Under the pieces are notes generated by a model. It saw nothing but the letters and a program-made list of their open reading frames with translations. It searched no databases and was not told where the DNA came from. A stretch of 64,000 bases of DNA, taken from NCBI GenBank assembly GCA_963728205.1, contig CAVSIV010000004.1, forward strand, positions 128,001 through 192,000, read 5' to 3'. Shown here piece by piece: positions 1 to 9,323 of the stretch. A program made the position numbers and the translations under genes. Every line of letters begins with the position of its first letter. Positions within the stretch are counted from its first letter, which is position 1. Origin of the DNA: an uncultured Chloroflexia bacterium. GTDB taxonomy: Bacteria > Chloroflexota > Dehalococcoidia > UBA2979.

Positions 1-166
1 AATTGTCGCGGATCTCGCAGTTCTCGGCCGTGCAGACACCCGAGAAGTCGAACGGATAGAAGACGAGCACGACCGGACTGCCGCGGAGCGCGGAGAGCGT
101 CACTTCCTCGTTGTTCTCGTCGCGGAGCGTGAAGTCCGGGGCGTCCTGTCCTACCTCGATGGCCAT
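1..166 (-). CDS. Peroxiredoxin (AhpE/BCP-like), N-terminal part, runs off window start
   Basis: Manual translation MAIEVGQDAPDFTLRDENNEEVTLSALRGSPVVLVFYPFDFSGVCTAENCEIRD; FYPxxFxxxC peroxidatic motif; SD-like GAAAGG upstream. Not in the ORF track. Confidence 0.85.
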   Translation of the reverse strand, partial: MAIEVGQDAPDFTLRDENNEEVTLSALRGSPVVLVFYPFDFSGVCTAENCEIRDN

Positions 167-317
167 GGGGCGGCACCTTTCCGTGCGGGGTTCGGGCGCG
201 GCCGCCCGGGGACGAACGGCGCCGAGTGCGCCGTGCGGCCGGGGCGCCGCTGGGTGGGGGCGGTCGTGTCTGCCGGGGGACGAGTGTACCAGCGACACGC
301 GGCGAGGACGGGCGAGG

Positions 318-1775
318 CTACCAGCGCCCCGTGCGCAGGAACTCGTCGATCGCGCCGGCGGCCCGCTGGCCGTCGGCGAGCGCGGTCACCACCAGGTCGG
401 CGCCGTTCACGTCGTCGCCGCCGGCGAAGACGCCGTGGATGTTCGTCTTCATCGTCTCCGGGTCGACCACGACACGGTGCCACCGGTCGCGCGTCATCTC
501 CGGGACGACGTCGCCCCACTCCTCGCCGACGTTGTAGCCGATGGCCACCACGATCGTGTCGGCGTCGACGTCGAACTCGGAACCGGGCTCCGGGACCGGG
601 CGACGCCGTCCGCTCTCGTCGGCGTCGCCGAGGTGCATGCGCTGGCAGCGCAGCCCGCGCACGTGACCGTCGTCGTCCACCAGCACCTCGAGCGGCGCGG
701 TGAGGTACTCGAAGTCGACGCCCTCCTCGACGGCGTGGTGGCGCTCCTCCGCGCGACCCTGCATCTCCGCCTCGGTGCGGCGGTAGATGAGCGTCACGTG
801 CTCCGCGCCGAGCCGGCGCGCCGAGCGCACGCAGTCCATCGAGGTGTCGCCGCCGCCGACCACGACGACGTTGCGCATCGCCGGCAGCGGCGCGCGCAGG
901 TCTTCGCTGAGCGCGTCGGGCGGCAGGTTGGCGCGCACGAGGAACGGCGTCGCCAGGTGCACGCCGACGGCGTCCTCGCCCGGGATGCCGAGCCGCGAGC
1001 CAACGGGCGCGCCGAAGCCGAGGAAGATCGCGTCGTGCTGAGCGTCCAGGTCGTCCCACGAGACGTCCTTGCCCACCTCGACGCCGCAGCGCACCTCGAC
1101 CCCGAGGGCGCGCAGATCGTCGAACTTGCGGGCGACGGCCGCCTTGTTCTGCTTGAACGTCGGGATGCCGTAGAGCAGCACGCCGCCCGGCTCGGGCCAC
1201 GACTCGTAGATCACGACCTGGTGGCCGGCCAGGGCGAGCCGCTCCGCCGCGCCGATCCCGGCGGGGCCGCTGCCCACGACCGCGACGCTCTTGCCGCTCG
1301 GGGGGGCCGGCGGCGTGCGCGGCGGAATGCCGCCATGGGCGCGCTGCCACTCGGTGGTGAACATCTCGAGCTTGCCGATCGCCACCGGGAGCGCGTTCTT
1401 GCCGACGACGCAATGGCCCTCGCAGAGCCGCTCCTGCGGGCAGAGGCGGCCGCACATCTCCGGCAGGCCGCTCGTCTCGCGGAAGACGTCGGCCGCGCCA
1501 CTGAAATCGCCCTGCTCGATGAGCCAGAACGCGCCGGGGATGTCGTTGTGGACCGGGCACGCGCGCTGGCAGGGCGCGGCCGGGCACTGGATGCAGCGCA
1601 TCGCTTCCGCCTGCGCCGTTGCTTCATCGAACGGGAAGTAGACCTCGTCCCAGTTGTGGACCCGCTCCGTGGGATCCTGCTTGGCGGGGCGATGCGCCGG
1701 GACCTGGAGGCGCTCCTTACGGTTGATCTGCTTCGGATCGGGCTTCTGTCGGGGGGGCATTGGTGCTTCGATCAT
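318..1775 (-). CDS. GltD/SudA-like NAD(P)-dependent Fe-S flavoprotein oxidoreductase
   Basis: RCIQC..PC..ACP and CGRLCPQERLCEGHC Fe-S motifs; GSGPAG and GGGDTSMDC; C-terminal FAGGD. Confidence 0.9.
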   Translation of the reverse strand: MIEAPMPPRQKPDPKQINRKERLQVPAHRPAKQDPTERVHNWDEVYFPFDEATAQAEAMRCIQCPAAPCQRACPVHNDIPGAFWLIEQGDFSGAADVFRETSGLPEMCGRLCPQERLCEGHCVVGKNALPVAIGKLEMFTTEWQRAHGGIPPRTPPAPPSGKSVAVVGSGPAGIGAAERLALAGHQVVIYESWPEPGGVLLYGIPTFKQNKAAVARKFDDLRALGVEVRCGVEVGKDVSWDDLDAQHDAIFLGFGAPVGSRLGIPGEDAVGVHLATPFLVRANLPPDALSEDLRAPLPAMRNVVVVGGGDTSMDCVRSARRLGAEHVTLIYRRTEAEMQGRAEERHHAVEEGVDFEYLTAPLEVLVDDDGHVRGLRCQRMHLGDADESGRRRPVPEPGSEFDVDADTIVVAIGYNVGEEWGDVVPEMTRDRWHRVVVDPETMKTNIHGVFAGGDDVNGADLVVTALADGQRAAGAIDEFLRTGRW

Positions 1776-1983
1776 GGTGAAACCAGCCTAGGCAGCGGCG
1801 ATCGTCTCGCTCAATGACCAAAGTCCCGAGTTGCCCCGGAAGGACGGTCCGCAATTCGGGCGATCCTCGCGCATCCCGCGTCTCGGCCCGTTCGACTCGC
1901 CGCGCGATCGCGTCACGGCACGTCTTCAGGCAGGATCATCGACGCGTCGCCCACGCCCGCGGAGGCCCCGAAGGAGGCTCGCC

Positions 1984-2925
1984 ATGAGCGAGAGCATCGG
2001 TCTCGGCATCGCCCAGTTCCCGTTTTCGAGCATGCGCGCCTTCTGGCGCTGGGTCGAGATGTGCGAGACCGGAGACGTCGACTCGTTGTGGCAGAGCGAC
2101 CGGCTCGTCTCGGCACAGCCCATGCTCGAGCCGATGAGCCTGCTCGCCGCGCTCGCGGGCGGCACCGAGCGCCTGCAGTTCGGCATGAACGTGGTCGTGC
2201 TGCCGCTGCGCGACCCACTGCTGCTCGCGAAACAGTGCGCGACGATCGACTACCTCAGCGCGGGGCGGCTGCTGCCGGCGTTCGGCGTCGGCGGCGACGC
2301 GATCCCCGAGTGGCGCGCGAGCGGGCGCTCGCCGGCGCACCGGGGTGCGATCGCCGACGAGATGCTCGAGATCATGACGCGGCTGTGGACCGGCGAGGAG
2401 CTGACGTACGCGGGCCGGCACTTCCAGTACGCCGGCGCGCGCATCGCCCCGCTGCCGGTGCGGCAGCCGTTGCCGTGCTGGATTGGCGGCAGCTCGCCGG
2501 CGGCGCAGCGCCGCACCGCGCGGCTGGGCACGGGCTGGCTGTCCGGGATCGCGACGCCGGCGCGCGTCGCGCCGGTCGTGGCCGGCATCAAGCGCGAGGC
2601 CGTCCGCGCCGGCCGCACGATCGACGACGACCACTACGGCGCCGGCTTCCCGTTCCGCTTCGGCGCGTGGGACGAGCCGTTCGTGCAGCGTTCCGCCGCG
2701 GCAATGCACCGCTTCCCGGAGGTCGACGACCCGCGCGACTACCTCGCCGTCGGCGACGAGGGCGACATCCTCGCGCGGATCGACGAGTACCGTCGCGCCG
2801 GCGTGTCGAAGTTCGTGCTGCGCCCGCTCGCGGAGAGCGAGGACGAGGTGCTGGACCAGACGCGGCGCCTGATCGAGACGGTGATCCCGGCGGTGCACGG
2901 GAGGCGGCGGGCGGCGGCGACCTGA
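1984..2925 (+). CDS. LLM-class (luciferase-like) flavin-dependent oxidoreductase
   Basis: PLRDPLLLAKQCATIDYLSAGRL, WIGG motifs; start set at ATG 1984 after SD AAGGAGG. Confidence 0.85.
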   Translation: MSESIGLGIAQFPFSSMRAFWRWVEMCETGDVDSLWQSDRLVSAQPMLEPMSLLAALAGGTERLQFGMNVVVLPLRDPLLLAKQCATIDYLSAGRLLPAFGVGGDAIPEWRASGRSPAHRGAIADEMLEIMTRLWTGEELTYAGRHFQYAGARIAPLPVRQPLPCWIGGSSPAAQRRTARLGTGWLSGIATPARVAPVVAGIKREAVRAGRTIDDDHYGAGFPFRFGAWDEPFVQRSAAAMHRFPEVDDPRDYLAVGDEGDILARIDEYRRAGVSKFVLRPLAESEDEVLDQTRRLIETVIPAVHGRRRAAAT

Positions 2926-2954
2926 GGCGCGGCACGGCCGGCCCTCAGCGGCGG

Positions 2955-3386
2955 CTAGTGGAGTGCGGGCTCCAGCCGCGCGCGGCACGCATCGCAGCGC
3001 CCGTAGAGTTCGAGCCGGTGCGAGTCGATCTCGAAGCCCGTGCGACGGCCGAGCTCGTCGAGCAGGTCCTCGATGTCGTGCGAGCTGAAATCGCTCACCG
3101 CGCCGCAGTCGGAGCACACGATGTGGTGGTGGTGCTCGCCGCTCGCGAGGCGGTACGCCGTCGCGCCGTCGTCGAGCACGACCTGGCAGACCACGCCGAG
3201 CTCCTGCATCAGGCGCAGCGTGCGGAACACGGTGGCGCGCCCCACCCCGGGAGAGGCGGCGACCACCTGGTCGGCCGTGAAGCGGTCACCCAGCTCGTCC
3301 ATCACCTCGAGCAGGTGGCGGCGCGGCGAGGTCAGCCGGTGGCCAGAGCGGACGATCGTGCGTTCCAGGGCGTCGATCGCGGTCAT
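2955..3386 (-). CDS. Fur-family transcriptional regulator
   Basis: RLTSPR, ATVFRTL, HHHHIVCSDCG and CxxC; start 3386 chosen from TTGACA-18-GACGAT-7-ATG spacing. Confidence 0.9.
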   Translation of the reverse strand: MTAIDALERTIVRSGHRLTSPRRHLLEVMDELGDRFTADQVVAASPGVGRATVFRTLRLMQELGVVCQVVLDDGATAYRLASGEHHHHIVCSDCGAVSDFSSHDIEDLLDELGRRTGFEIDSHRLELYGRCDACRARLEPALH

Positions 3387-3488
3387 GAGAGCCATCGTCC
3401 GCGCGTCCGGTCGCGGCTGTCAACGTGGGCGCGTAGCGGCTCCGGCGGCGGCGCTGCTCGCACTCGCGCGATCGGCGACAATGCGACG

Positions 3489-4679
3489 ATGACCACTCAA
3501 CGCTGGCGCATCGTGCTCTGGGGCTCGATGCTCTTCGTCGTCCTCTATCTCGCGTGGCATGCGAAGAGCGCCCTGCTGCCCTTCGCCTTCGGCGCCGTGC
3601 TCGCCTACGCGCTCACCCCGATCGTCGATCGGCTCGCCTCGATGATCCCCGCGCGCAGTCACCAGGCCGACGTCCTGCGTCGTGGCGTCGTGGTGTTCTT
3701 CCTCTACGCGGTCGCAATCGGACTGCTGGCCGTCGCGGCCGCCGCGATCATCCCGCTCGCGATCGACCAGACCACGCAGTTTGTGAACACCCTGCCGACG
3801 CTGATGAAGCACGCGCGCGAGCAGAGCAACCACTGGCTCGTGCAGTACCACTCGCGCGTGCCGCAGGACGTGCAGGCGCGGCTGGACTCGCTCTCGCAGG
3901 ATGCGACGAGCACGGTCGCCAGCGCGGCGGCGGGGTGGATGGCCGGCTCGGTCTCGTTTCTCACGCAGACGCTCACGGCGCTGCTCACGTTCTTCGTCGT
4001 TCCCGTCTGGATGTTCTGGGCGCTGCGCGACCGCCACTTCGTCGGCCGCAACTTCATGAACGCCGTGCCGGAGGCGGGGCGCGACGACATCGCGAACATG
4101 CTGCGCATCGCTGACCAGCTGATGGGCCGCTACATCCGCGGTCAGCTGCTGCTCGCGCTGGTGGTCGGCGTCGCCGTCGGGATCAGCCTCACGGTGCTGC
4201 GGGTGCAGCTCTCGGTCGCACTGGGCGTCTGGGCCGGCGTCACGGAGCTGATCCCGATCCTCGGGCCGTGGCTGGGCGCGATCCCTGGGCTGATCATCGT
4301 GCTGGCCACCGACCCGGGGCTCTTCATCTGGGTGGCGCTCGTCTACATCCTCGTGCAGCAGCTCGAGAACAACCTGCTCGTGCCGCGCATCCAGGGGCAC
4401 GCCGTGGAGATCCACCCGGCGATGATCATCCTGCTGCTCACCATCGGTGGGACGGCGTTCGGCTTCATCGGCCTGCTCGCGATCGTCCCGGTCACGGCGA
4501 TCCTGCGTGAGCTGTTCTGGTACCTCGACCGGCGCCTGCGCGGCAATCCGCCGACCGAGTCATTCGCGGCGAGCCTGATCGGACGCCAGTTGCGAGCGCA
4601 CGCGGAAGAGCAGCAGACGGCGGCCGCCGCGGCCGAGACCGCCGCCGCTCGGGGGCACGACGTACCGGAGGAGGACTAG
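3489..4679 (+). CDS. AI-2E family transporter
   Basis: Hydrophobic ORF with YIRGQLL, ELIPILGPWLG, QQLENNLLVPRI and HPAMII motifs. Confidence 0.9.
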   Translation: MTTQRWRIVLWGSMLFVVLYLAWHAKSALLPFAFGAVLAYALTPIVDRLASMIPARSHQADVLRRGVVVFFLYAVAIGLLAVAAAAIIPLAIDQTTQFVNTLPTLMKHAREQSNHWLVQYHSRVPQDVQARLDSLSQDATSTVASAAAGWMAGSVSFLTQTLTALLTFFVVPVWMFWALRDRHFVGRNFMNAVPEAGRDDIANMLRIADQLMGRYIRGQLLLALVVGVAVGISLTVLRVQLSVALGVWAGVTELIPILGPWLGAIPGLIIVLATDPGLFIWVALVYILVQQLENNLLVPRIQGHAVEIHPAMIILLLTIGGTAFGFIGLLAIVPVTAILRELFWYLDRRLRGNPPTESFAASLIGRQLRAHAEEQQTAAAAAETAAARGHDVPEED

Positions 4680-4687
4680 CGGCCGCC

Positions 4688-5554
4688 CTACGGCGTCGGC
4701 TGGTCGCGGTTCGTCGGGCTCGCGGTCGCCTGCAACACGACCGGACCCTCCACCGTCTGCGAGTCGCGGCTCGAGGTCGCGACGATGTAGACGCGCGCCG
4801 GCGACTGTCCGCTCTTCGTGTGCAGCAGCACCTGCGCGTTGCCCAGCGAGTCGGGCACGAAGGTGGTCGCCGCGACGAGGCCGGACGCGCCGTCCTCGAG
4901 CCAGATGCGGTAGACGTCGCCGAACGGCAGCTGGGGGAGGTCGTGCGCCACGACCACCGCGGCCCCCGCCGACGCGCTCCAGAGGTAGCGGCCCCCGGCG
5001 CCGTGGCCGTAGACGGTGGGCTCGAGGTCCATCGTCTGCACAGCCGGGTCCGTCTGGACGGCGGCAATCACCTGTTGCTCCTGTAGCGCGTTCGCGAGCT
5101 GGAGGCTGAGCGACTTCGAGCCGGTGTCGGCGTTCGAGATGCCCTCGATGGAGTCCAGCCGCTTGGCATTGGACTCGACGAGCGCGGTGAGCGTGGCGGA
5201 CTCGCTCTGCACCTGGTGCAGCGCCGAGCGCAGGCTCACGGCCCACAGCGAGACGACGAGGAGCGCCGCGGCCAGGCCGGCGACCGGGAGCAGGCTGCGC
5301 AGGCGCGGCGCGACGAAGCGGCGGCGGCGCGGCTCGCGCCGGGCCGCGGCGAGCACCCGCTCGCGCAGGTGCGGATCGGCGCGGCCGAGCGGCACGGAGA
5401 GCGCGATGAGGTCGACGAGCTCGTGGTAGGCGGCGAGATCCGCCGCGGCCTCGGCGTCCGAGGCGACGAGCGCCTCGGCGTCGGCGGCGTCCGGCGCGCT
5501 CAGCGTGCCGAGCGCGTAGCCCGCGAGGAGGTCTTCGCGTTCATCCGGCGTCAT
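4688..5554 (-). CDS. Anti-sigma factor (RskA-like)
   Basis: LLAGYALGTL N-terminus, PHLRERVLA, one TM helix, LPQLPFGDVYRIWL; overlaps the sigma gene stop. Confidence 0.8.
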   Translation of the reverse strand: MTPDEREDLLAGYALGTLSAPDAADAEALVASDAEAAADLAAYHELVDLIALSVPLGRADPHLRERVLAAARREPRRRRFVAPRLRSLLPVAGLAAALLVVSLWAVSLRSALHQVQSESATLTALVESNAKRLDSIEGISNADTGSKSLSLQLANALQEQQVIAAVQTDPAVQTMDLEPTVYGHGAGGRYLWSASAGAAVVVAHDLPQLPFGDVYRIWLEDGASGLVAATTFVPDSLGNAQVLLHTKSGQSPARVYIVATSSRDSQTVEGPVVLQATASPTNRDQPTP

Positions 5555-6303
5555 CGATCACCCCCGCCGGCCCCTGCACCCGGCCCACCCGGTTCGCGCG
5601 TCACGTCGGCGAGCAGCTCGCGCAGCTTGCGCATCCCGAGCCGTACGCGCGTCTTCACCGTTCCGAGCGGATCGCCCGTGCGCTCCGCGATCTCCGTCTG
5701 CGTGAGCCCACCGAAGTAGGCCAGCTCAAGCACGCGCCGCTGCGACGGCGGGAGGCGCGTCATCGCCTCGCGCACCGTGCGTCGAAGCTCCGCCACCGCC
5801 AGCCCCAGCTGGGGATCGCCGCTGCGGTCACCGGACGCCAGCGGTGAGGCGTCCCCGTCCTCGATCCCCTCGACCCGCCGCCGCCGCGCCGTCCGCCGCC
5901 ACTCGTCCAGCGCGCGGTTGCGCGTCACCGACATCAGCCACGTCACGAACCGCCCGCGCTCCGGGTCGAACGACGCCGGGCGACGCCACAGCCGCAGGAA
6001 CACCTCCTGCGTGACGTCCTCCGCGAGCTGCCGGTCGTGCAGCACGCGCACCCCGACCGAGAACACCAGGTTCGCGTAGCGGTCGTACACCGCTTCCAGC
6101 GCCCGCAGCTCGCCGGCGGCGACGCGCGCCATCAGCTGCTCGTCGGTCGGCGCGTCCGCGACCTGCGCAACGTCGGCAGTCGCGTCGGCCTCGTGCGGCG
6201 TCGATCGAGGTACGTCGCCGAGGCGCGCGCGGATTCCTCGCCGGTCGAGCGGGATCGGGCGGCGGTCGCCCGGGCCGGGGATGGGAGCGGGGGTCTCGGG
6301 CAC
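5551..6303 (-). CDS. ECF sigma-70 factor (SigK-like)
   Basis: AEDVTQEVFLRLWR, TRNRALD, LAYFGGLTQTEIA, GTVKTRVRLG; GTG start after GGAGG. Confidence 0.9.
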   Translation of the reverse strand: MPETPAPIPGPGDRRPIPLDRRGIRARLGDVPRSTPHEADATADVAQVADAPTDEQLMARVAAGELRALEAVYDRYANLVFSVGVRVLHDRQLAEDVTQEVFLRLWRRPASFDPERGRFVTWLMSVTRNRALDEWRRTARRRRVEGIEDGDASPLASGDRSGDPQLGLAVAELRRTVREAMTRLPPSQRRVLELAYFGGLTQTEIAERTGDPLGTVKTRVRLGMRKLRELLADVTREPGGPGAGAGGGDR

Positions 6304-6362
6304 CGCGGTCCTCCGAGAGCGTGGCCGGGGAGTGCGGTGGGCCTCGTGGATTGTACGGGGGA

Positions 6363-7193
6363 TCAGACGGGGAGACCGGTGCTGAACAGGATGCCGCGCG
6401 CCAGCACTTCCCCGGCCAGAACCGTGCCGAGCGCGATGTACAGCAGTCCGGTCGCGGACATCATGCCCCGGATGCGCGCCGCGCGCCAAGCCAGCAGCGC
6501 CAGGAACGCGGGGAAGACCAGGCCGACGGCGATGCGCAGCCAGTACGCCGGGTTCTGCGCCAGACCGACCCCGAAGCCCTCGGTCAACGGCACGTCGCGC
6601 GCCGGCAGCGCGCTGCCCACGACGACGAGCACCGCCTGCACGACGAGCGCCCCGAGCACGACGAGCGACATCTGCTCCATCGGCTCCTTCGGGAGCCGGC
6701 CGGAGGTGAGGTACCAGTGCCCCCACATCATCGCCATCAGCGCCCCGCCCAGCACGGCGGCGGAGGCGAAGATGCTCGCGAGCATCCCGGCGTACGACCA
6801 CGTCGGCGCGGCCACGAGGCCGGCGAGCGCGGCGAGCGCGACCACCCCCGCGGCGCAGCCGAGTGCCCCGGCGACGAGCGTCGCCCGGCGCCGCTCGACG
6901 AACGCGCCCAGCAGGTGCGCGACGGCGAACGCGACGAAGACGACGAGCGCGGCGCGGAACGGCCCGAGCCACCGCGGCGCGAGCACGTAGCCGTCGAGCT
7001 CGCTGCGCCCGCCGAGTCCGGCGGCGACCCACAGCGCAAGCAGCGCGAGCGGGACGATGGTGATGCCGGCGGCCTTGACGTACCCGGTCGTGACTTGGCG
7101 GCGGGCGTCGAAGACGGTGGCCATGGCGAGCGACCCGACCGCCAGCTCGACCAGCAGGATGAGCACGGCGTAGGGCAGAGAGGCGGCACTCAC
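6363..7193 (-). CDS. Uncharacterised polytopic membrane protein (GHWYL / SATGLLY motifs)
   Basis: About 8 hydrophobic segments; -10-like TACGAT 9 nt upstream of the GTG. Confidence 0.7.
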   Translation of the reverse strand: MSAASLPYAVLILLVELAVGSLAMATVFDARRQVTTGYVKAAGITIVPLALLALWVAAGLGGRSELDGYVLAPRWLGPFRAALVVFVAFAVAHLLGAFVERRRATLVAGALGCAAGVVALAALAGLVAAPTWSYAGMLASIFASAAVLGGALMAMMWGHWYLTSGRLPKEPMEQMSLVVLGALVVQAVLVVVGSALPARDVPLTEGFGVGLAQNPAYWLRIAVGLVFPAFLALLAWRAARIRGMMSATGLLYIALGTVLAGEVLARGILFSTGLPV

Positions 7194-7265
7194 GGGAGCG
7201 CAATCGTAGGGAGCGGCACCGGGAGGGGCAACGCGGCCCGCCCGGGGGGTGTCCCCATCATCCAG

Positions 7266-8477
7266 TCAAGCGGCGACGCGCGAGCGCATGGTGTGTGTTG
7301 CGTCGTAGGCGGTGCCGGACTTGAGCATCGCAAGGATCACGTCGCAGCGACGGCGAGCGAGGCAGATGACGGCGGCGTTGTGCTTCTTCCCCTGAGCGCG
7401 CTTGCGGTCGTAGAAGGCTCGGGAGGGCGGATGCCGCAGGGAGCAGAAGGCCGCGAGGAAGAGTGCATTCTTCAGCCGGTGGTTCCCCCGGCGGCTCCGC
7501 TTCTCGCCCCGGATGCTGGTACCCGACTGGCGCGTGACCGGAGCCAGTCCCGCGTAGCTCGCGAGCTGGGCGCCTGTGGCGAAGCGAGCGCCGTCACCGA
7601 TCTCGGCGAGGATCTTCGCGCCGGTCCTGGGGCCCACGCCGGGGAGCGATATCAGGACCGGCCCCAGAGGGTGGCTGCGGAAGACCTCCTCGATCTGAAC
7701 GAGGATCCGGCTGCGTCTGGCGTCGAGCCGGCCGAGTTCGGTGGCGAGCTCTGCAACGATCGGTCCAATGCGCCGCTCGCTTTGTACGGTGATCGTCTGG
7801 GCGTCGAGTGCGCTGAAGACCTCGTCCGCGAGGCGCGCGGCGACTCGGGGCGCCTGCCGCCGAAGCAGTCGCAGCACGGGACCACGGCCGGCCGCGCGGA
7901 GAGCCGACGGGGTGGGGTAGCGGGCAAGCAGCGCCCACGCCGCGGGGTGATCCAGTCGTGGACCGAGCACGGCCTCGAGTGGTGGATGCACGCTCGTGAG
8001 CATGTCGCGCAGCCGGTTCACCAGGCGGACTCGGTCCGCGGCGAGGTCATCGTCGTACCCCGAGAGGAGGCGCAGCTCCTCGAGCAGCTCGTCGCCGACG
8101 GCCAGCCAGCGCAGGTTCCCTGGGTGGGTTCGTGCGAAGTCGGCAAGGACGAAGCTGTCGCGGACGTCCGTCTTCGCCTCGCCCGGGTAGAGATCTGCGG
8201 CTCGTCGCATGACCAGCCCGGGCACGTAGGCGACAGGGACACCGATCTCTCGGCACACGGCAAGCGTCAGCGCGGCAATCGACCCCGGCTGGTCCAACAC
8301 CACTCCGGCATGCCCGATCGACGCTGCCGTCGACAGCAGCGCCTGAAGATCGGCCTGCTGATTCCGAACCGCGCGGGACGACAGCACCTCGCCGCCACCG
8401 TTGATCAGCGTTGCGTGGTGCTCGGTCTTTCCGACGTCGAGCCCAATGAACACATCGACCCGTGCCTCGGTCGGCAT
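7266..8477 (-). CDS. IS110-family DEDD recombinase/transposase
   Basis: GLDVGK, VLDQPG, AKTDVRD RuvC-like motifs; SLPGVGPRT, LASYAGLAPVTRQSG, RRGNHRLKNAL; ATG 8477 after GGAGGG. Confidence 0.95.
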   Translation of the reverse strand: MPTEARVDVFIGLDVGKTEHHATLINGGGEVLSSRAVRNQQADLQALLSTAASIGHAGVVLDQPGSIAALTLAVCREIGVPVAYVPGLVMRRAADLYPGEAKTDVRDSFVLADFARTHPGNLRWLAVGDELLEELRLLSGYDDDLAADRVRLVNRLRDMLTSVHPPLEAVLGPRLDHPAAWALLARYPTPSALRAAGRGPVLRLLRRQAPRVAARLADEVFSALDAQTITVQSERRIGPIVAELATELGRLDARRSRILVQIEEVFRSHPLGPVLISLPGVGPRTGAKILAEIGDGARFATGAQLASYAGLAPVTRQSGTSIRGEKRSRRGNHRLKNALFLAAFCSLRHPPSRAFYDRKRAQGKKHNAAVICLARRRCDVILAMLKSGTAYDATHTMRSRVAA

Positions 8478-8499
8478 GCGCCCTCCGATCGCGACCGCG

Positions 8500-8695
8500 C
8501 TTTGCGCATCCGACCGGGTGCCTCGGCCTGCATCCACCTTACGAACGAGCGCTCACGGCGCCGGTCCCCATCAGCGGTCCACGGCACCCAGCATCACCGG
8601 TGGCAACACCCCCCAGGTCCTCGAACAGACAGGGGGCAGATGAGCCATGCCGGCGACGCCGGATGTGATCACGGGCCGCGGTCAGCCCGGCGATC
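8500..8695 (-). ncRNA. Predicted IS110 bridge RNA
   Basis: Two stem-loops with internal loops whose sequences match the element's own junction and its flanking target; boundaries approximate. Confidence 0.8.
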
Positions 8696-8841
8696 GCGAA
8701 GAAGGTAAGGGGGAGGGCGGCGGAGGGCGGCGTGAGCTCTCCGGGCGGTCGCCCGTCGCGGGACGCGAGCACGAGCGCGTTTGCCGCACGCGAGCACTCT
8801 CGGCCTGCGGCGCCGGGAACGGCTGGCGCCGCCCTGCTCGC

Positions 8842-9222
8842 CTACGCCCCACGCAGCTCTTCGACGCTGACCCCGTACTGGTACACCGCCACCGGGTTGC
8901 CGTCCGGGTCGCGGAACGCGAGTGTCACGCCGCCGGGGATGTCGTGGTAGTCGCGCGTGATGGCGACGCCGGCGGCCTTCAGGCCGCGCTTCACGGCCGC
9001 GATGTCGGCGACGCGGAATCCCGGCTCCCAGCCGGCGCTCCCGCCCGCAGCGTGAATGCCGACGTCGACGTTCGCCAGGCGCACCATCGCCCACCGCGGC
9101 GAGACCGACTGCACCGTCGCACCCAGCACGTCACGGTAGAACGCCACGGCCGCGGCCACGTCTGCGGCCGGCACCTGCAGGTGGTCCAGCAGACCGATCT
9201 CGACGCGCGGCTCGTCGCTCAT
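8842..9222 (-). CDS. VOC/glyoxalase family protein
   Basis: LDHLQVPAADVAAAVAFYRDVLG and FRDPDGN. Confidence 0.85.
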   Translation of the reverse strand: MSDEPRVEIGLLDHLQVPAADVAAAVAFYRDVLGATVQSVSPRWAMVRLANVDVGIHAAGGSAGWEPGFRVADIAAVKRGLKAAGVAITRDYHDIPGGVTLAFRDPDGNPVAVYQYGVSVEELRGA

Positions 9223-9286
9223 CGCTCGCTCGCTCCCATGCGCAGCACCCCCGGCGTCGGGCCAGCGTAGCCCGGCGCGCGAAACG

Positions 9287-9315
9287 TTGACAGGCGATCC
9301 GGGCGGCCGGACGAT
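9287..9315 (+). promoter_or_regulatory. Sigma-70 type promoter for the dinB-family gene
   Basis: TTGACA-17 nt-GACGAT, 8 nt before ATG 9324. Confidence 0.55.
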
Positions 9316-9323
9316 GACCGGCG

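Larger units (their letters stand above)
7248..8710 (-). mobile_element. Complete IS110-family element (1463 bp including both CC cores)
   Basis: Recombinase plus about 230-nt non-coding left end; no terminal inverted repeats; ends deduced from bridge-RNA guide matches (see findings). Confidence 0.85.
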
